The notes beneath the pieces are model-generated. The model worked only from the letters and a program-made list of their open reading frames with translations. It was not told the origin of the DNA and made no database searches. The translations under genes and the position numbers were made by a program. Source: a virus. Taken from it: a DNA stretch of 64,000 nt. Each line of letters opens with the position of its first letter. Position 1 is the stretch's first letter. Shown here piece after piece: positions 33,833 to 44,078 of this stretch. The stretch lies in IMG/VR virus record IMGVR_UViG_3300045988_176686; one strand, 5' to 3'.

Positions 33833-34552
33833 CTATGCGTTTGTTTGTTGTTCGGTGTTTTCAGTTTCCTCGCCAGCTACCACGTATAAACCATGTCGGT
33901 GTGCGGTTGCCTCCATTTGCGGTGAACGGTCGGTTTCGCTGTCGTAGCATACCCATTCGGTGTGGTCGGGGTCGGCAAAGTAGTTTTTCTTCCTAATCAT
34001 TTCCGACTTCTGAGCACGTGCTGCATGAGATAGTGTGTTTACCGTTAAGCGTAATTTTGTAAGACGAGGCAAACCATATTCCAAGCGCAAACGGTCGCGA
34101 CGTATCAAATCCTTACGCTTCTCAGCACGATCTTTAATCATGCGCTTGTACTTTCGCGGATGTTTCTGCTTAAATACTGCTAAAGGGGAAAAACCCTCGG
34201 CACGAATGCGCTTGGTAGCTTCGATGGCTGCTTCGCTCGGACGACGACCGCGCAATGACGCGTAATAGCCGCTTTCAGTGTTAGTTTTCTTAGCTGCCTT
34301 TGCCTGTTTGCGCCTAATTACATCCATGTCTTTTTGTAAACAATAGGTACGTGCAAAACGAGTAATGGTGCCATAGCATACACCAAAGATTTTCATGAGT
34401 TCGGGGTTGGTGTGCGTAGGATAGAGTTCAAAAAACTTCTCCTTTATCTCACCATCGAGATAGTACATTAGGACGTTTGCCGTGGGATGTGGCTTTTGAG
34501 GAATGGGATATTTAGGCTTTACGTCGGAGAATTTGTTGGGTACTCCACTCAT
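33833..34552 (-). CDS. basic protein with possible HTH
   Basis: 239 aa; ELMKIFGVCYGTITRFARTY HTH-like; Arg/Lys-rich middle. Confidence 0.55.
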   Translation of the reverse strand: MSGVPNKFSDVKPKYPIPQKPHPTANVLMYYLDGEIKEKFFELYPTHTNPELMKIFGVCYGTITRFARTYCLQKDMDVIRRKQAKAAKKTNTESGYYASLRGRRPSEAAIEATKRIRAEGFSPLAVFKQKHPRKYKRMIKDRAEKRKDLIRRDRLRLEYGLPRLTKLRLTVNTLSHAARAQKSEMIRKKNYFADPDHTEWVCYDSETDRSPQMEATAHRHGLYVVAGEETENTEQQTNA

Positions 34553-34581
34553 GATAGTATTCTTGGTGATGATTAAAATGT

Positions 34582-34908
34582 TTATTTTCTGGAAGTAATG
34601 TTTTTGTCGTAGGTAAACTTCAGACCCATAGAACGTAGGGCTTCTTCGTTATACGACTGTTGCGCCCCGAAAATATTGCCATCGGCAAAGCCTTCGGCAC
34701 GACCTTCCTTTTGACCAATTTCGCGTCCTTGTGTGAGTCCGCAGTTGTAGCCTTCGGCAAAACCATTATCGCGTCCTTTGGCATAGGAAGCTTCCTTTTC
34801 GGTTTGAAGCATACCAGTTTTATCTTTGTAGCCACAATGATACGCGATTATGCCAATGGCGATGTTGACTACAAGAACAATGAGTGCAAATAATATAAGG
34901 TTGCTCAT
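34582..34908 (-). CDS. membrane-anchored protein with GxxxG-type repeats
   Basis: 108 aa; N-terminal TM; repeats GFAEGYNCGLTQGREIGQKEGRAEGFADG. Confidence 0.55.
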   Translation of the reverse strand: MSNLILFALIVLVVNIAIGIIAYHCGYKDKTGMLQTEKEASYAKGRDNGFAEGYNCGLTQGREIGQKEGRAEGFADGNIFGAQQSYNEEALRSMGLKFTYDKNITSRK

Positions 34909-34938
34909 AACGTATCTTAGGTTTGAATGTGGATAATG

Positions 34939-35166
34939 TCAATGAGTGCCTTCCTCTATGCACTGAAAACCTTGCTCAATGTGTTCGTACATTTTCTTGC
35001 ACCAATCATCAGCAGGGAGTCCGTTTAGCCGATCGGCAAAGACCTTCATGCTATACAACATGGTTTTCACACCTACGTCGTAGGCTTCTCTACCATTTTC
35101 GCGTTGCTCGGCTTCGGTGTAACCACCTAACCAATGAATGATTTTAGTTTTGAGTTTGTCAATCAT
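34939..35166 (-). CDS. hypothetical protein
   Basis: 75-aa ORF. Confidence 0.5.
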   Translation of the reverse strand: MIDKLKTKIIHWLGGYTEAEQRENGREAYDVGVKTMLYSMKVFADRLNGLPADDWCKKMYEHIEQGFQCIEEGTH

Positions 35167-35190
35167 AATTTATCCTCCTCTTTTTAATAG

Positions 35191-35745
35191 TTATTCTTCG
35201 TTATGCAGAGCGTGTTTCACATCCTCGTACATTGCCATTTCTACTTGTGTGCCATCGAAATGACCAACGGCAAGCAGTTGTCCGTTCTCTAACGTGGCAT
35301 CCTTAGCCGAAGGTGCTGAAGCACGAATAATCATGATGTCGAACTCTCGGATAACATCAAGACTTTCAGGCTTGATTTCGCTCATCGTGGTACGAGCATG
35401 CTGACGAATGCGGTAGATGTCGGCATTGGTCAGGTTGGGATTGTCTTGCTGTGCATGGCGCACTGCTTCAGTTTCAATATCCAACACACGCTGTTCGTAA
35501 GCAGCGGTAATGAGTTGGTAGTTTTGCCAAGTTGCTACTTGTTCAAGAAACTTTTGAAAGCCTTCTTTGCCCTCAGCTATTTTAAGCAGGGCAAAACGCT
35601 CTTCAATAAGCAAGATGTTGTCTTTCTCTTTCCAGTAGATGTTGCCTCGCTTTGACAACTGGTCAAGTATGCCAAACATGGTTGAGAGGTTACGAATGCC
35701 GCTTAATAGCTCTTTCTGTCTTCTTCGTTTAAAGAAATTCCACAT
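35191..35745 (-). CDS. hypothetical protein
   Basis: 184-aa ORF. Confidence 0.6.
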   Translation of the reverse strand: MWNFFKRRRQKELLSGIRNLSTMFGILDQLSKRGNIYWKEKDNILLIEERFALLKIAEGKEGFQKFLEQVATWQNYQLITAAYEQRVLDIETEAVRHAQQDNPNLTNADIYRIRQHARTTMSEIKPESLDVIREFDIMIIRASAPSAKDATLENGQLLAVGHFDGTQVEMAMYEDVKHALHNEE

Positions 35746-35834
35746 AATTGTAAGTTTTTTTAAAAATACGTTTCCTATTCATCGCGAACCAGAAACGCGG
35801 AATAATCTAATCCAATAATCATAACATAAACAAA

Positions 35835-36149
35835 TCAATGCGTAATAAATCGGGTGCCGTCCACCTCTAACACTAAGATGTCGTTGACCCACCTTATTTC
35901 TTTGCTCTCAATAAACTGCACTCTGCGTTTGTGCGTGAGTGTGTTAACCGAAAGGCAAATGCAGTTGCCCTCGTCTACATGCCCTGTTTTAGTGAGAAAC
36001 TTGATGTAGAACGGGTGGCGTTCAACTTGGGTGGCACTCTGCGGATGCACATAGCCCGTCACGAGTTGATGACTGCGAGGGTCAATCCATTGCCACTTTT
36101 CGGTATATTGGCGAAGGTTGGTGTAGGATTGTTGTGGACGACTATTCAT
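35835..36149 (-). CDS. hypothetical protein
   Basis: 104-aa ORF. Confidence 0.55.
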   Translation of the reverse strand: MNSRPQQSYTNLRQYTEKWQWIDPRSHQLVTGYVHPQSATQVERHPFYIKFLTKTGHVDEGNCICLSVNTLTHKRRVQFIESKEIRWVNDILVLEVDGTRFITH

Positions 36150-36768
36150 AAGGCGGAAATTCTACGTTGAGGAAATGAGTTAACTCAGAACACAGGTTTG
36201 TGCGCTTACTCTGCTTTGCGCCTTGACGGTGACGAAGCACATCGGGAAAGAGCACATTGCACAAAGGGTTGCCCCAATCCTGACTATTAGAATATGTTGA
36301 CAATATGGGGTAGAAGGTGGCATGATAGTTGGTTAGTCTGGCACTCATAGTGCGAGAGTACATAGGACCTTCAACGACCAATGCCTTGTCTGCGGAGTAC
36401 AGAACTAAGTGGGATGCCCCATCTGTCGCATCTCGGTGCTGCACATATAACACCTTATTCTTATAGTCGGACAGATACTTATCAACCATTGCCGAACAAT
36501 CTTGTGAGGTAGACAATACCAAAGCATTTATCCAGCCGCGCTCAAAGCATTGCAGAAAGAACGCCATCGTTTCGACTTCAATAAAGGTCATGCTTACTAC
36601 CATTGTGTGCGACTGTTCTAACATATAACCCAAGGCACGATACAACTTTTCGAGTGTTACGTCGCTATGGGTGTAGAACGTGAGCGAACGGTAGGGGGCT
36701 TGCATGATAGCCCTTGGCAATTTGCGGTCTACGCAACAAGGCGGAATGAATAATAACGTATCTTCCAT
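36142..36768 (-). CDS. hypothetical protein
   Basis: 208-aa ORF directly downstream of clamp gene. Confidence 0.6.
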   Translation of the reverse strand: MEDTLLFIPPCCVDRKLPRAIMQAPYRSLTFYTHSDVTLEKLYRALGYMLEQSHTMVVSMTFIEVETMAFFLQCFERGWINALVLSTSQDCSAMVDKYLSDYKNKVLYVQHRDATDGASHLVLYSADKALVVEGPMYSRTMSARLTNYHATFYPILSTYSNSQDWGNPLCNVLFPDVLRHRQGAKQSKRTNLCSELTHFLNVEFPPYE

Positions 36769-36800
36769 TGTGTTCTGAGTTTAGGTTTTGTGGGTTGTGG

Positions 36801-37985
36801 TTAATCGAAGAGCATTGGCATACAAAGCGTGAGAACCTTGGGTGCCGGGTCATCAGCTGTAATCAGAATAGCTCGGTTGGGTTCTGAAAGCTGCATGCGC
36901 ACATTATCTGAGTCGATGGCGTTGAGTGAATCTTCTATACGACCTGCGTTCACACAAATACGGAATTGCTCATCGCATTGTGAGTCTATAATAAACACTT
37001 GATCGTCGGCGGCGGTTGAATAATCCACATCCTTTGCCGAAACATCAATGAACATACCGTTCTTGGTAAGCATAAGTCTGTTGTGATTCTTGTCACCAAA
37101 AATGCTTACACGCTTTATAATCTCGATCATTTCTTTCTTATTAAATGAAATATAGAAAGGATTGCCCATTGGGATAACCGACGCGTAGTTGGGATAAATT
37201 TTGTCGATAGACTTACAGATCAACTCAATGTCGTCGGCTGTAAATTTAAGTGTGTGTGTGTCGCTCTCAATCTCCACTACCTCGCAACCATCGAACACCG
37301 ACATGGTGCGGAAGAACATCGATGGCAAGAGCAAACGGCCGGGCTTACCTCCTTTAAAGAACTCACTACCTCCATTTGCAGGATCGTTAGAATAAGTGGT
37401 TCGAATAAGGGTTTGTCCGTCTGTAGCCACGAAGTTAATGGTTGAACGATCTTCTAATACGTCCATGCAAAGGCAATTCATTTGAGGGCGCAACTCGTCC
37501 TTTGACGTAAAGTTTGCTGAGTGCGCAAGTACCTCATTGAAGAATGGAACCGGAAGTACAAGTTTTGTTGTATCACCCTTTGGTTCAATGAGCATAGGAA
37601 ATTCCGTACCATCGAGGAAGGGAATTGAAGCCTTACCCTCCTTGGTGTTGCCGTTGCTATCGGTGCAATAAGTGAGCGCAATGGTATTGCTATCCTTGTC
37701 GAAAATCATTGAGAGTGTGCAATCGGGCAAAGTAGCGAGGAAAGGAATAAAAGTTTTGATAGGCAAAGCAACGGGATCTTCGAACGTGCCTTCAAACAAG
37801 GTTAAAGGTGCGGGAATGGTGAGCTGCGAACTGCTGGATGCCGAAATGAAGTAGAAGTTGTTTTCGCCCTTGCAAGTAAGTAACACATTGTCGAGAATGG
37901 CCAACGGGTTTTTACTGGCAATACACTTTGAAGCCTTGCATAAGGCAGTGTGAAGGGCTTTAGATGATTGAGCTTGAAGTTTCAT
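36801..37985 (-). CDS. dnaN: DNA polymerase III beta sliding clamp
   Basis: 394 aa; KALHTALCKASKCIASKNPLAILDNVLL, FVATDGQTLIRT, three-domain length. Confidence 0.75.
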   Translation of the reverse strand: MKLQAQSSKALHTALCKASKCIASKNPLAILDNVLLTCKGENNFYFISASSSSQLTIPAPLTLFEGTFEDPVALPIKTFIPFLATLPDCTLSMIFDKDSNTIALTYCTDSNGNTKEGKASIPFLDGTEFPMLIEPKGDTTKLVLPVPFFNEVLAHSANFTSKDELRPQMNCLCMDVLEDRSTINFVATDGQTLIRTTYSNDPANGGSEFFKGGKPGRLLLPSMFFRTMSVFDGCEVVEIESDTHTLKFTADDIELICKSIDKIYPNYASVIPMGNPFYISFNKKEMIEIIKRVSIFGDKNHNRLMLTKNGMFIDVSAKDVDYSTAADDQVFIIDSQCDEQFRICVNAGRIEDSLNAIDSDNVRMQLSEPNRAILITADDPAPKVLTLCMPMLFD

Positions 37986-38008
37986 TGTTGGGTTCGTTTA
38001 AAAAGGTT

Positions 38009-38617
38009 TTAGAATGGGAGGTCTTCTCCATTGAAGTTCGCACCCCATTGTGGTTGCGTAGTTTCGTTGTTGGCAGGTGCTACATAAGCAGTAGCATTGC
38101 TTGCGGCATTGTAGGCTTGCTGTGGATAGGCTGTTTGCTGCGCATTATTCTGTGGCTGATAGAGCATGGCCAAACGCTTGTTCATGCGGTTGCGAAGTGC
38201 CTTAAACAAATGACTATTTTCGTCTTGCACATCTTGCGTCATAATGCTTGGGTCGCGCTCTTTGTTCTGCTCCTTTACTTGTTCTACCAAATTAGGGAAT
38301 GACTTAGCAATGTATTTCACAAATTCGGTAGTGTAAGAGATTTTCATCTCGTGCGTTGGCACATTCACATTGTTGTCGCCTCGCTCTTGTGCCTTTCGAC
38401 GAACGGCATTTTTATATTCCTCGTGGAGTGGCCAAATGTTTACGCGCAGTCCGGCAATTTGCTTGGTTGCATCATTGCGCGAGGTGGTTAGTCTGATTTC
38501 GTTTAAGTCAACTGGCACACAGACAAATGCACGTGTGGGGTTCTGTGGGTCGATACCTGTAAAAACTTGTGCGCCATTGAGCGCAAGGAGGTCAATACTC
38601 CCGTTGTAACTTGCCAT
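38009..38617 (-). CDS. SSB-like protein (acidic C-terminal tip EDLPF)
   Basis: 202 aa; Q/N/A-rich linker then ...NFNGEDLPF, analogous to the bacterial SSB tip DDDIPF; located between primase-helicase and clamp. Confidence 0.45.
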   Translation of the reverse strand: MASYNGSIDLLALNGAQVFTGIDPQNPTRAFVCVPVDLNEIRLTTSRNDATKQIAGLRVNIWPLHEEYKNAVRRKAQERGDNNVNVPTHEMKISYTTEFVKYIAKSFPNLVEQVKEQNKERDPSIMTQDVQDENSHLFKALRNRMNKRLAMLYQPQNNAQQTAYPQQAYNAASNATAYVAPANNETTQPQWGANFNGEDLPF

Positions 38618-38657
38618 AATTGTTTGAGTTTATTTGTTTGTTGTTGTTTCGTTGTTA

Positions 38658-41600
38658 TTAGAAGGGTAAATCCTCCTCTTTGATTTGAGCAACCGATTGG
38701 GCGACTTGGTTTTCGTTATTGCTTATGACTATTCGTTTGCCTTGCTTGCGCGACATGAAGTTGTCCCAACGGGTTTGTTCTTCGTCGGTGAGCTTCACAA
38801 TTTTGCCATCTTCATCGCGACAGGGCAAAAGGTCGGGTTGTTCAGCAAACTTACGCGCAATGCTTTTGAGTTCTTTGTAGTCCTTGGGTACTTTATCCTT
38901 ACCAGGTCGGTAGAAGAAGAACACATGCTTTGACGTTTGCAAGTAGCGAATGTATTTAGGCGAAACGGTTTTGTCGTTTTCCCACTCGCGACCCACAAAG
39001 TACTCTTGTGTGACCCATGCTTGCAACTTGAAACATTTGCGGTGCTTATCAGCATCGTTCTCAAAGAGGTGCTTGGGGTTGCAAGTAATGCCCATGTTCT
39101 CGCAATAGTCGTAAATCTTCTTTTTAAAAGTGGCTCGGCTATACTCTTTCGATTTTCCTTCGCTGGCATCTGCCCAGTTGCGAAGAAAGTCGTTAAACAT
39201 CTCGTCCGTGCAAATGGGTACACCATAAATCTCCGACTGAGAGAAGAACCATTCAAAGTAGTTCACAATATTCTCGGTGAGTTTCTGAACCATTTGTCGA
39301 CGGCGCACATTCTCTTGCGGTGCAATAGCAAAGGTGTGGTAACGCATAAGGAACTGAACCGCCAAAGCACAGATATATATAATCTGATTGCGGTCTGTGT
39401 CGGACAAGTCTTCGGGGTTTTTACTGAACCCTTTCATCAGATCGCTCATCATGCGTGCCGGTTGTCGCTTTTGTGGATTCTCACGTGCAAATCGGTTGGA
39501 GAAGCTAACTAAAGGAAATCGTCCGATTGTAGACGAGGCATCATCCGACAACGGATAGTTAGACGTGATAACATGCAGAGGCGAGTCCTTCATTTTAAAG
39601 GAAACAGCATCGCTATTCTTTCGCTCAGCACTCGTTCCACCCGTTATCTGCACATAGAAATAATCCAATGGAAAACTTCTCGGTTTGTCTTCCCAGTGAA
39701 CCACTCTGAACTTACCAGGGTATTTGATGATGTCTGTAAGGACAAATCGCGCATCGCCAATATCCTTAAAATGTCGCATATCAACGCTAAACACATTAAC
39801 GGCAGCACCGACGAAAGTATTTATCACCCACGACTTACCCGAACCACCCGTAGCCTGCTTCTCATCTGGAATAGAGTCCTCGAGCAGATATGGGCAGACG
39901 TTCTCCATCTTGTCCCATGTTCGGAAGCAAACACGACCTATTCCTGAAATCAGGTTCACAAAATGACTATTGATAACCGCTATGTCATCCTCGGACATCT
40001 GTTGCTTTTTACGGATAGAGTCTTGTTCCTTCTCCCACAAGGTGTTGGCACAACCGCGAATGATACGCAATGAAGGCCACAAGTCCTGCTCACGCTTGCC
40101 ATTCCAATCTACCTGCCAACGGTATGTCTGCGCCCATTCAGCAAGTTCAGCTTTCATTTGTCCCACCTCGATGATAGAGAACACAGGCGAATCATCCTCG
40201 TTGCGCATCGCCTCTTTTGCCTCAATGGACTTCTTCTTATCAATATACTCCTGACTCTCCCTTATCGCAAATGGAGGCTTGAATACACGCATCGTGAAGT
40301 CGTAGGGTTTGCGAGCTAAGGCAGGAATAAAAAAGTTGATGTTGTCGTAATTGACAGGTATTATAGCATCGGGCGTAATCTTCAGAGCCATATTGCGGAA
40401 GTAGAAATATTCCGTCTTGGCATTAAAAGCATCGGCAAAATCAATCACCATAGACAGTAAACCACCTGCACTCTTCTCGGTAAAAGTCTTATCTACCATG
40501 TTGGCACAGTCCGACATAAGGCGTTGCTCGAGGTCGTTGTGTCGCCAACATTGTTCAATAAATTCCAGCAACAAATTCTTCATAGCCTGAATGATACTGT
40601 TGCTTTCTATATATTCCACAAAGCAACGGTCGAGGTGAATGTACTGTCCTACAAGGTCGGTGCTTTCAGGATCTATCATGCGGTAATATCCGTGTGCCGA
40701 CATAAAGAGCCAAACCTTAGAAGGTGATACCTTGCAAGTAGGTGGCTTAGGTTTGCCACTTCGCGGATCACGCGGATATTCAATTTCAAATGGGTCGGTG
40801 TTCTTTGCGCCACGCAAACGCGAGTAGAGTGGTATGCGAAGGTCGTGGTCGAACTTAAAATTATCCTCGTCGGTCATGCGGTAGGCTATCATGTAATCGC
40901 GCACAGAACGAGGTGAGCAACCATATAACCATTGCCAACGCTGATTGTAACGTGAGCGGAAGGCTTCTGGCAACATAGCATAGAATAAGTCGCTATATTT
41001 AGTTGCAATCGCTCCGCAATCACGTTGACTGGCAATATCATTTGGGTAAAGCATAATGATACGCTCAGCAAAGCGTTTCATCTTTTGATATTGTATGGCG
41101 TTGAAGTCAAGTTTCTCTTGTCGCCATTGTCCGCGGTCGATATAAAAGAAATTTCTTCTGCCTATGCTGAAGGCCACATGATACCAACAGAATTTTTGAA
41201 AATGCGGATCGTGCTCTTTGTCGATGCGAAGCGAACGCATGGCGTAATATACGCTAATGGCATCTTCTGGTGTGCGGCAGAACACGATGTTGCGAGCTTT
41301 TACGTCGGAAGGCTTTATTTTTTCTTGTTCCAAACGAAACGTTCCTTTCGGCTCGCCATCCTTAGTTTCGTTCTCCACCCAAATATCTCTTGTGTCGGAA
41401 TATTGCTCGTTCGGATCAAACTTATCAATGGCTGCATGTACGGCAGTGGATGCGCTATCGCGATTATCCATAGCGTAGGTAAAGACCTTATCGCCCATGA
41501 GCCAACGGCTAACCTTGCGCACACTGTGGTCGTCGCAAGTAGAAAAGACTATTGGGTCGCCTTTCATTGCCGGACGGAACAGACAACCACATGAACCTTG

Positions 41601-42347
41601 TGGTGCTATAACATCAGTAGCGAAGCAAACAAAAAGTGGATTCCACGGCGTGCCATAAATGACCTCGCTCACTTGCTTTCCTTCTCGCACTACGTTAGGT
41701 AGCGTAACACTATCAACGGCATAAATGCGGAAATCTTTGTTGAGCATGTCGGTGGAAAAGTCCTTGCCAAAACCAAAAGTAGGAATGCCTTTTACCAACG
41801 TGACCTCACAACCGAGTGCGGCAAGTTCTTGCGGATTAAAATCCATCTTAGGCATGAACGAGAAGGTGTCTATCGTCTGCGGTGCAATGGTGCGGTAGTC
41901 CATTTTGCCAAACAACATTGGGAACACCGCACGCGTTTCATCAGTGTCGCCATATACCCGAACCACCAAGTCTTTGCACAATCGCAACAAACTGGCTCCG
42001 TGCATAGGCAAATTGCGCATGGCAGCATAAAGTTCTAAAGTACCATAGCCTTGCTTGCCTGTTTTTGTACACATCCAGCGCACGGCTCCGTGCTTGGCTT
42101 GCGTATCGCCATCAACCCCTACCCCATTGTAAAGACCGCCACGCTCATCATTGTAGATAATGAAGTGCGGTGTCTTTCCTGCCTTTGCCTTATCGTCGGT
42201 CGGGACATCGGCATCCTCGGTCCCCTTCTTTTGGCAGAAGGGACAGAAACACGCGGTCTGACCTTCAAAATGCTGTTCCTCGGCTGGCTTCACAAGGTAA
42301 GTCAGCGGGAGGTTTGCAAGACGATTGATAATTGGGTGGAATTGCAT
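38658..42347 (-). CDS. DNA primase-helicase fusion (zinc finger + Toprim + P-loop D5/P4-like)
   Basis: 1229 aa; CFCPFCQKKG...PHFII zinc finger, FCRTPEDAISV and LYPNDIASQ Toprim-like, Walker A ATGGSGKSW; ends ...EEDLPF. Confidence 0.65.
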   Translation of the reverse strand: MQFHPIINRLANLPLTYLVKPAEEQHFEGQTACFCPFCQKKGTEDADVPTDDKAKAGKTPHFIIYNDERGGLYNGVGVDGDTQAKHGAVRWMCTKTGKQGYGTLELYAAMRNLPMHGASLLRLCKDLVVRVYGDTDETRAVFPMLFGKMDYRTIAPQTIDTFSFMPKMDFNPQELAALGCEVTLVKGIPTFGFGKDFSTDMLNKDFRIYAVDSVTLPNVVREGKQVSEVIYGTPWNPLFVCFATDVIAPQGSCGCLFRPAMKGDPIVFSTCDDHSVRKVSRWLMGDKVFTYAMDNRDSASTAVHAAIDKFDPNEQYSDTRDIWVENETKDGEPKGTFRLEQEKIKPSDVKARNIVFCRTPEDAISVYYAMRSLRIDKEHDPHFQKFCWYHVAFSIGRRNFFYIDRGQWRQEKLDFNAIQYQKMKRFAERIIMLYPNDIASQRDCGAIATKYSDLFYAMLPEAFRSRYNQRWQWLYGCSPRSVRDYMIAYRMTDEDNFKFDHDLRIPLYSRLRGAKNTDPFEIEYPRDPRSGKPKPPTCKVSPSKVWLFMSAHGYYRMIDPESTDLVGQYIHLDRCFVEYIESNSIIQAMKNLLLEFIEQCWRHNDLEQRLMSDCANMVDKTFTEKSAGGLLSMVIDFADAFNAKTEYFYFRNMALKITPDAIIPVNYDNINFFIPALARKPYDFTMRVFKPPFAIRESQEYIDKKKSIEAKEAMRNEDDSPVFSIIEVGQMKAELAEWAQTYRWQVDWNGKREQDLWPSLRIIRGCANTLWEKEQDSIRKKQQMSEDDIAVINSHFVNLISGIGRVCFRTWDKMENVCPYLLEDSIPDEKQATGGSGKSWVINTFVGAAVNVFSVDMRHFKDIGDARFVLTDIIKYPGKFRVVHWEDKPRSFPLDYFYVQITGGTSAERKNSDAVSFKMKDSPLHVITSNYPLSDDASSTIGRFPLVSFSNRFARENPQKRQPARMMSDLMKGFSKNPEDLSDTDRNQIIYICALAVQFLMRYHTFAIAPQENVRRRQMVQKLTENIVNYFEWFFSQSEIYGVPICTDEMFNDFLRNWADASEGKSKEYSRATFKKKIYDYCENMGITCNPKHLFENDADKHRKCFKLQAWVTQEYFVGREWENDKTVSPKYIRYLQTSKHVFFFYRPGKDKVPKDYKELKSIARKFAEQPDLLPCRDEDGKIVKLTDEEQTRWDNFMSRKQGKRIVISNNENQVAQSVAQIKEEDLPF

Positions 42348-42356
42348 AAAGGATTA

Positions 42357-42782
42357 TTATAAATTTAGGAAAGTTTCGAGCCTGTAATGCCGAATGGCAC
42401 AGTTGCAAATATTCCTAATGTGTGCTATTAGTAACAAAGTAAATTCCTTAAATGAGATAAAGTGTTCGTTAAGGTTTATCACGCTCACGGCATAACGCCA
42501 ATAACATTTGCCATTCTTGTGTCGGCACGAATGCTCTAACTTTATTTTCAAGTCTCTTACATTTCCACACATCGTTTTGTGAATGTGGCAACAAGCGTCC
42601 TTTAGCAAGGCAAAGGGTGCGCCATAAAACAAGAGGGTCGGTATTTCGTCCTCATTGCCTCGCATGGTTTCGGTGTACGCAATGCGGTGCAGATATTCGT
42701 GAATGATGGGACGACCCTTATCTTTTTTTCTATCCCTCAGATTGGGAATGTAAGGAGAAAAAATATGACGATTATTTGACAT
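42357..42782 (-). CDS. hypothetical Cys/His-rich protein
   Basis: 141-aa ORF. Confidence 0.55.
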   Translation of the reverse strand: MSNNRHIFSPYIPNLRDRKKDKGRPIIHEYLHRIAYTETMRGNEDEIPTLLFYGAPFALLKDACCHIHKTMCGNVRDLKIKLEHSCRHKNGKCYWRYAVSVINLNEHFISFKEFTLLLIAHIRNICNCAIRHYRLETFLNL

Positions 42783-42791
42783 AACTAAGCG

Positions 42792-43454
42792 TTATTGCTC
42801 GTGATTGGACAAACAACTGACGTACTTCATCATTTGCCAAGTATTATGAATGCTTCTTTTGCAATCATACAAGGGGTCGTGTGCAGCACCTGGTGCTTCG
42901 TAAGCGTCTACCAAGTCATAAGCCTTGTCGGGTGTAAACTCTGCACCAGACATTTTGCATATTTGAGCTACACTCTCCATGAAGAATGTGCGGTGGTCGC
43001 GGAAGTTTTGATGACTGATGGGAATTTCGATTTGGTATTTATAGCAAATGTTTCGCAAAATAGCCATGTCGTAATCTGTACCTTGACACCAAAGATTTAC
43101 CTCGGTTGCTTTACATGCTCGTTTCACATAGTCGATCCAGCAGAAGAAGTCTTTCATTACTTCTTGAATAGGAGAGCAAGGCGAACCCTCGTTATCCTCG
43201 TCCAATACCGCGGCTTTGGCTTCGTCGCTACGTTTTGACCACCATTTAGCGGTGGTAGCATCGAACGTAAAGCCATCTATAAACATTCCGCGTAAGTCTA
43301 CATGCTCTGAAAACATGGGATAAACGATTGGTTTTCTTTCGTCAAAAAATGGGGTATCTTCTCCATTTCGATTCCACGCAACTGCCCCAATGCTCATGAC
43401 AGCAGCTGTGGGGCGTAGCGAACAAGTCTCTAAGTCGAAGGTTATATCAATCAT
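42792..43454 (-). CDS. DEDDh 3'-5' exonuclease
   Basis: 220 aa; Exo I FDLET, Exo II GTDYDMAIL, Exo III HDPLYDCK. Confidence 0.7.
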   Translation of the reverse strand: MIDITFDLETCSLRPTAAVMSIGAVAWNRNGEDTPFFDERKPIVYPMFSEHVDLRGMFIDGFTFDATTAKWWSKRSDEAKAAVLDEDNEGSPCSPIQEVMKDFFCWIDYVKRACKATEVNLWCQGTDYDMAILRNICYKYQIEIPISHQNFRDHRTFFMESVAQICKMSGAEFTPDKAYDLVDAYEAPGAAHDPLYDCKRSIHNTWQMMKYVSCLSNHEQ

Positions 43455-43950
43455 TACGCGAAGCTATATATTGATTCAACAAAGACTGAATACCCACACT
43501 CTCCCACGGTTTCCAATTCTCATCGGTAAAACGCTTGATGGTGGTGCCTGTGCTCATGCCCTTTTGTGCCATAAAGTCGCCAAACTTTACACAAAGCCCA
43601 CCTTGCGCTTTTTTCAAGCAAGAGTAAAACACATTGGGTTTGTCGCACTGAGCCAACGTATAAAGGTACCCTTTGTCGCCAAGTGTTGCGCCAAGCACAT
43701 CTGTTTCAACGTAATCGAGCAGACATTGCGCCACGTCAGGTAAAGCTAAAAATTGATTTTTGCAATTTTCAATACCCACAATTTCCCATTCTGAAAATCC
43801 TTTTTGAAAGAAACGAAGGTAAAATGTTGACATTGAAAATCCAAAATCCATAAAAAAGGTTTGCATTGCCTTTTTTTCTTCGAGTGAAACAGCGTTAATA
43901 TCTAAAGCTATTCCATCTTTAAGAATTTTATGGAGAATTTCTTTGGTCAT
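43447..43950 (-). CDS. hypothetical protein (first gene of replication operon)
   Basis: 167-aa ORF, promoter box 27 nt upstream. Confidence 0.6.
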   Translation of the reverse strand: MTKEILHKILKDGIALDINAVSLEEKKAMQTFFMDFGFSMSTFYLRFFQKGFSEWEIVGIENCKNQFLALPDVAQCLLDYVETDVLGATLGDKGYLYTLAQCDKPNVFYSCLKKAQGGLCVKFGDFMAQKGMSTGTTIKRFTDENWKPWESVGIQSLLNQYIASRND

Positions 43951-43976
43951 TCTATTTTTAATTTTTATTTTCGTTG

Positions 43977-43984
43977 CAAATTTA
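43977..43984 (-). promoter_or_regulatory. candidate -7 box (TAAATTTG on minus strand)
   Basis: TAnnTTTG match 27 nt upstream of ATG 43950 in divergent intergenic region. Confidence 0.35.
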
Positions 43985-44078
43985 ATAATTAGAATTGAAA
44001 CATCAATGCTTAGTATTGAGAAATTTTCGGATTTTTCGATATTTGGCTTATTTAATAACTTAAAAACAATAGAGAACT

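Noticed and set aside
34927-34935. Perfect DnaA box TGTGGATAA (and an 8/9 match at 49550-49558)
   Set aside because: These are single isolated boxes far from the iteron origin and not clustered. They are compatible with chance occurrence.
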